Assembly: GCA_022813865.1 (NCBI GenBank)
Contig: JALDZX010000041.1
Coordinates: 124,001-188,000 of the forward strand
DNA: 64,000 bases
From: Xylographa opegraphella
Taxonomy: Eukaryota
Direction: 5' to 3'
Of this stretch, positions 62,623 to 64,000 are shown in pieces. Position 1 is the first letter of the stretch, and each line of letters opens with the position of its first letter. The notes beneath the pieces were generated by a model. The model saw only the letters and a list, made by a program, of their open reading frames with translations. It was not told where the DNA came from and did not search any database. The position numbers and the translations under genes were made by a program.

Positions 62623-64000
62623 TCAGTGAGATCCCTTCAGTAGAATCCAGCCCCCATGGTGTTGCCATGCCCCATTCGGGGGCACGTTGCCTTCGAGTGG
62701 CTTCCACTGCCCGTCTTCCGCGATCCATGCTTCCGAGAGTGGTTGGTTGGACCGGTCGTGGTGTTGAGTGACTAAGACCGGACGTGCTCCGTGGTCAGGG
62801 TACGCCGGCACAGGATTGCCCGGATACGGACTGCGCGCTCCGTTCCCGAGAGCCAACCACCAGCCGCCTCGTGTTTTCCAGGCCGCTTTCCGCCACCCAT
62901 CGACCCAGTGGCCATCTTCTATGGCCCATGTGCCAGCCACGAACTTTGGTGTGCCGCCTACGAACGTTCTTTGTCCTTGGACCAGAGGCTCAGGCGCTTC
63001 TGCTGGTATACTGCGGTCTGTCAATCTTGCTGCCGGGCAGTCAGTGTTGGGGAGAGCAGCAGGCGGACCAGCGCCAGCTAGAGCAGGCGTATCGGGACCA
63101 GCATTAGACGGACCGCGAGCGGAAGGACCGGGATCGGAAGGACCGGGATCGGAAAGACCAGGATTGGAAGGACCGGGATCGAATCCATCAGAGCCGGGAG
63201 GCCTGAAGGCCGACGAACTAGAGTCAGATACAGCAGAATCTCTACCCTGCCCATCAAATGGTAAATTCAGGACAAAATCCAGCATTGCGGGATCGAGGTC
63301 GTTGTCCGGCATTGGCGCAGTCGCAGGATTGGGGTTGCTGGGACCGGCACCTGCAGGGATACCGCTCCCAGGATGAGCACCACCCGCTGAGTTACCGCCC
63401 ATACCACCACCGAATGGGGCAGCCATACCTCCGCCGACAGGGCCTCCGCCGACGGCGCCTCCGCCGACGGGGCCTCCGCCGACAGGGCCACCACCCATCA
63501 TACCACCACCCATACCGCTACCCATACCGCCACCCGCCGGGCCACCACCCATAGGGTTAATAACGGAAGGACCGAGGAGATTCGTCTGCTGTCCAACAGG
63601 GCGTACATTAGGTTGCGGGTTAGGTGCGTTCAGCCCATGTGTAGCCCTAATAGCGGCGCTGATTACACACTCTGAAATATCCGTCCGACGCGGACCATGG
63701 TTCGCCATGCAGGTGTTGGCGACATTCACAACGGCAGGATTGACGACTGTGAATACAAACCCATGACCCGGGAGGCTAGTCCCGCCCACCATCTGCCCGG
63801 AAACAACGCACGACTGGATCAACGAATGCATGTCTGAGTAAAGCATTAACCAGGAACCAATGGCTTGATCTCCGTAAGAACTAGCGATGTCCATACCAAG
63901 GGAGCAAGTGTCGACTGTTATGCCTCGTGGCAGGCGATCCCATTCATTTGAGTGGTAAAGACGAAAAGTTCGTAGTCCGCTCAAGGTAATTGCTGGCGGT
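62623..64000 (-). CDS. Hypothetical modular protein (5' end outside window): Cys domain, Gly/Pro repeats, duplicated Trp-rich module
   Basis: Open for more than 450 codons. LPRGITVDTCSLGMDI...SWLML...LIQSCVVSGQMVGG, then GGGPV and PGPSD repeats, then two W-x-x-EDG-x-W...GGW modules. Confidence 0.7.
   Translation of the reverse strand, partial: PPAITLSGLRTFRLYHSNEWDRLPRGITVDTCSLGMDIASSYGDQAIGSWLMLYSDMHSLIQSCVVSGQMVGGTSLPGHGFVFTVVNPAVVNVANTCMANHGPRRTDISECVISAAIRATHGLNAPNPQPNVRPVGQQTNLLGPSVINPMGGGPAGGGMGSGMGGGMMGGGPVGGGPVGGGAVGGGPVGGGMAAPFGGGMGGNSAGGAHPGSGIPAGAGPSNPNPATAPMPDNDLDPAMLDFVLNLPFDGQGRDSAVSDSSSSAFRPPGSDGFDPGPSNPGLSDPGPSDPGPSARGPSNAGPDTPALAGAGPPAALPNTDCPAARLTDRSIPAEAPEPLVQGQRTFVGGTPKFVAGTWAIEDGHWVDGWRKAAWKTRGGWWLALGNGARSPYPGNPVPAYPDHGARPVLVTQHHDRSNQPLSEAWIAEDGQWKPLEGNVPPNGAWQHHGGWILLKGSH

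Overview
Gene-dense euchromatic window from a filamentous ascomycete (Pezizomycotina; the secreted-protein families at the right end resemble those I associate with lichen-forming fungi, which is inference only). About 26 mostly intron-containing protein genes, largely housekeeping: prefoldin 6, cofactor-independent phosphoglycerate mutase, Med9, cytosolic SHMT, eIF3k, folliculin/Lst7, Grc3, prenylcysteine oxidase, SCOT, Nop9, a group II PLP decarboxylase, QPRTase, a Cdc25-like arsenate reductase, a small SET protein, Cox20, two Zn2Cys6 factors, two RTA1 proteins, Spt10, a Sec7-PH Arf-GEF and an alpha/beta-hydrolase-NB-ARC protein. I see no biosynthetic gene cluster and no intact transposon, and there is one assembly gap. 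The most notable signals lie outside the ORF track. (1) A U44-type box C/D snoRNA in eIF3k intron 1. (2) A candidate H/ACA RNA in the intron of an apparently non-coding transcript divergent from NOP9. (3) An NLR-like locus where retention of one intron switches between a stand-alone hydrolase and the full hydrolase-NB-ARC protein. (4) A divergent Upc2-like/RTA1 pair with SRE-type sites. (5) A degenerate Nudix pseudo-enzyme. (6) A spliced, structured uORF leader before the SET gene. (7) Recurrent C-rich-to-G-rich skew-flip islands that ignore gene orientation. All exon boundaries were read by eye and no database searches were run.
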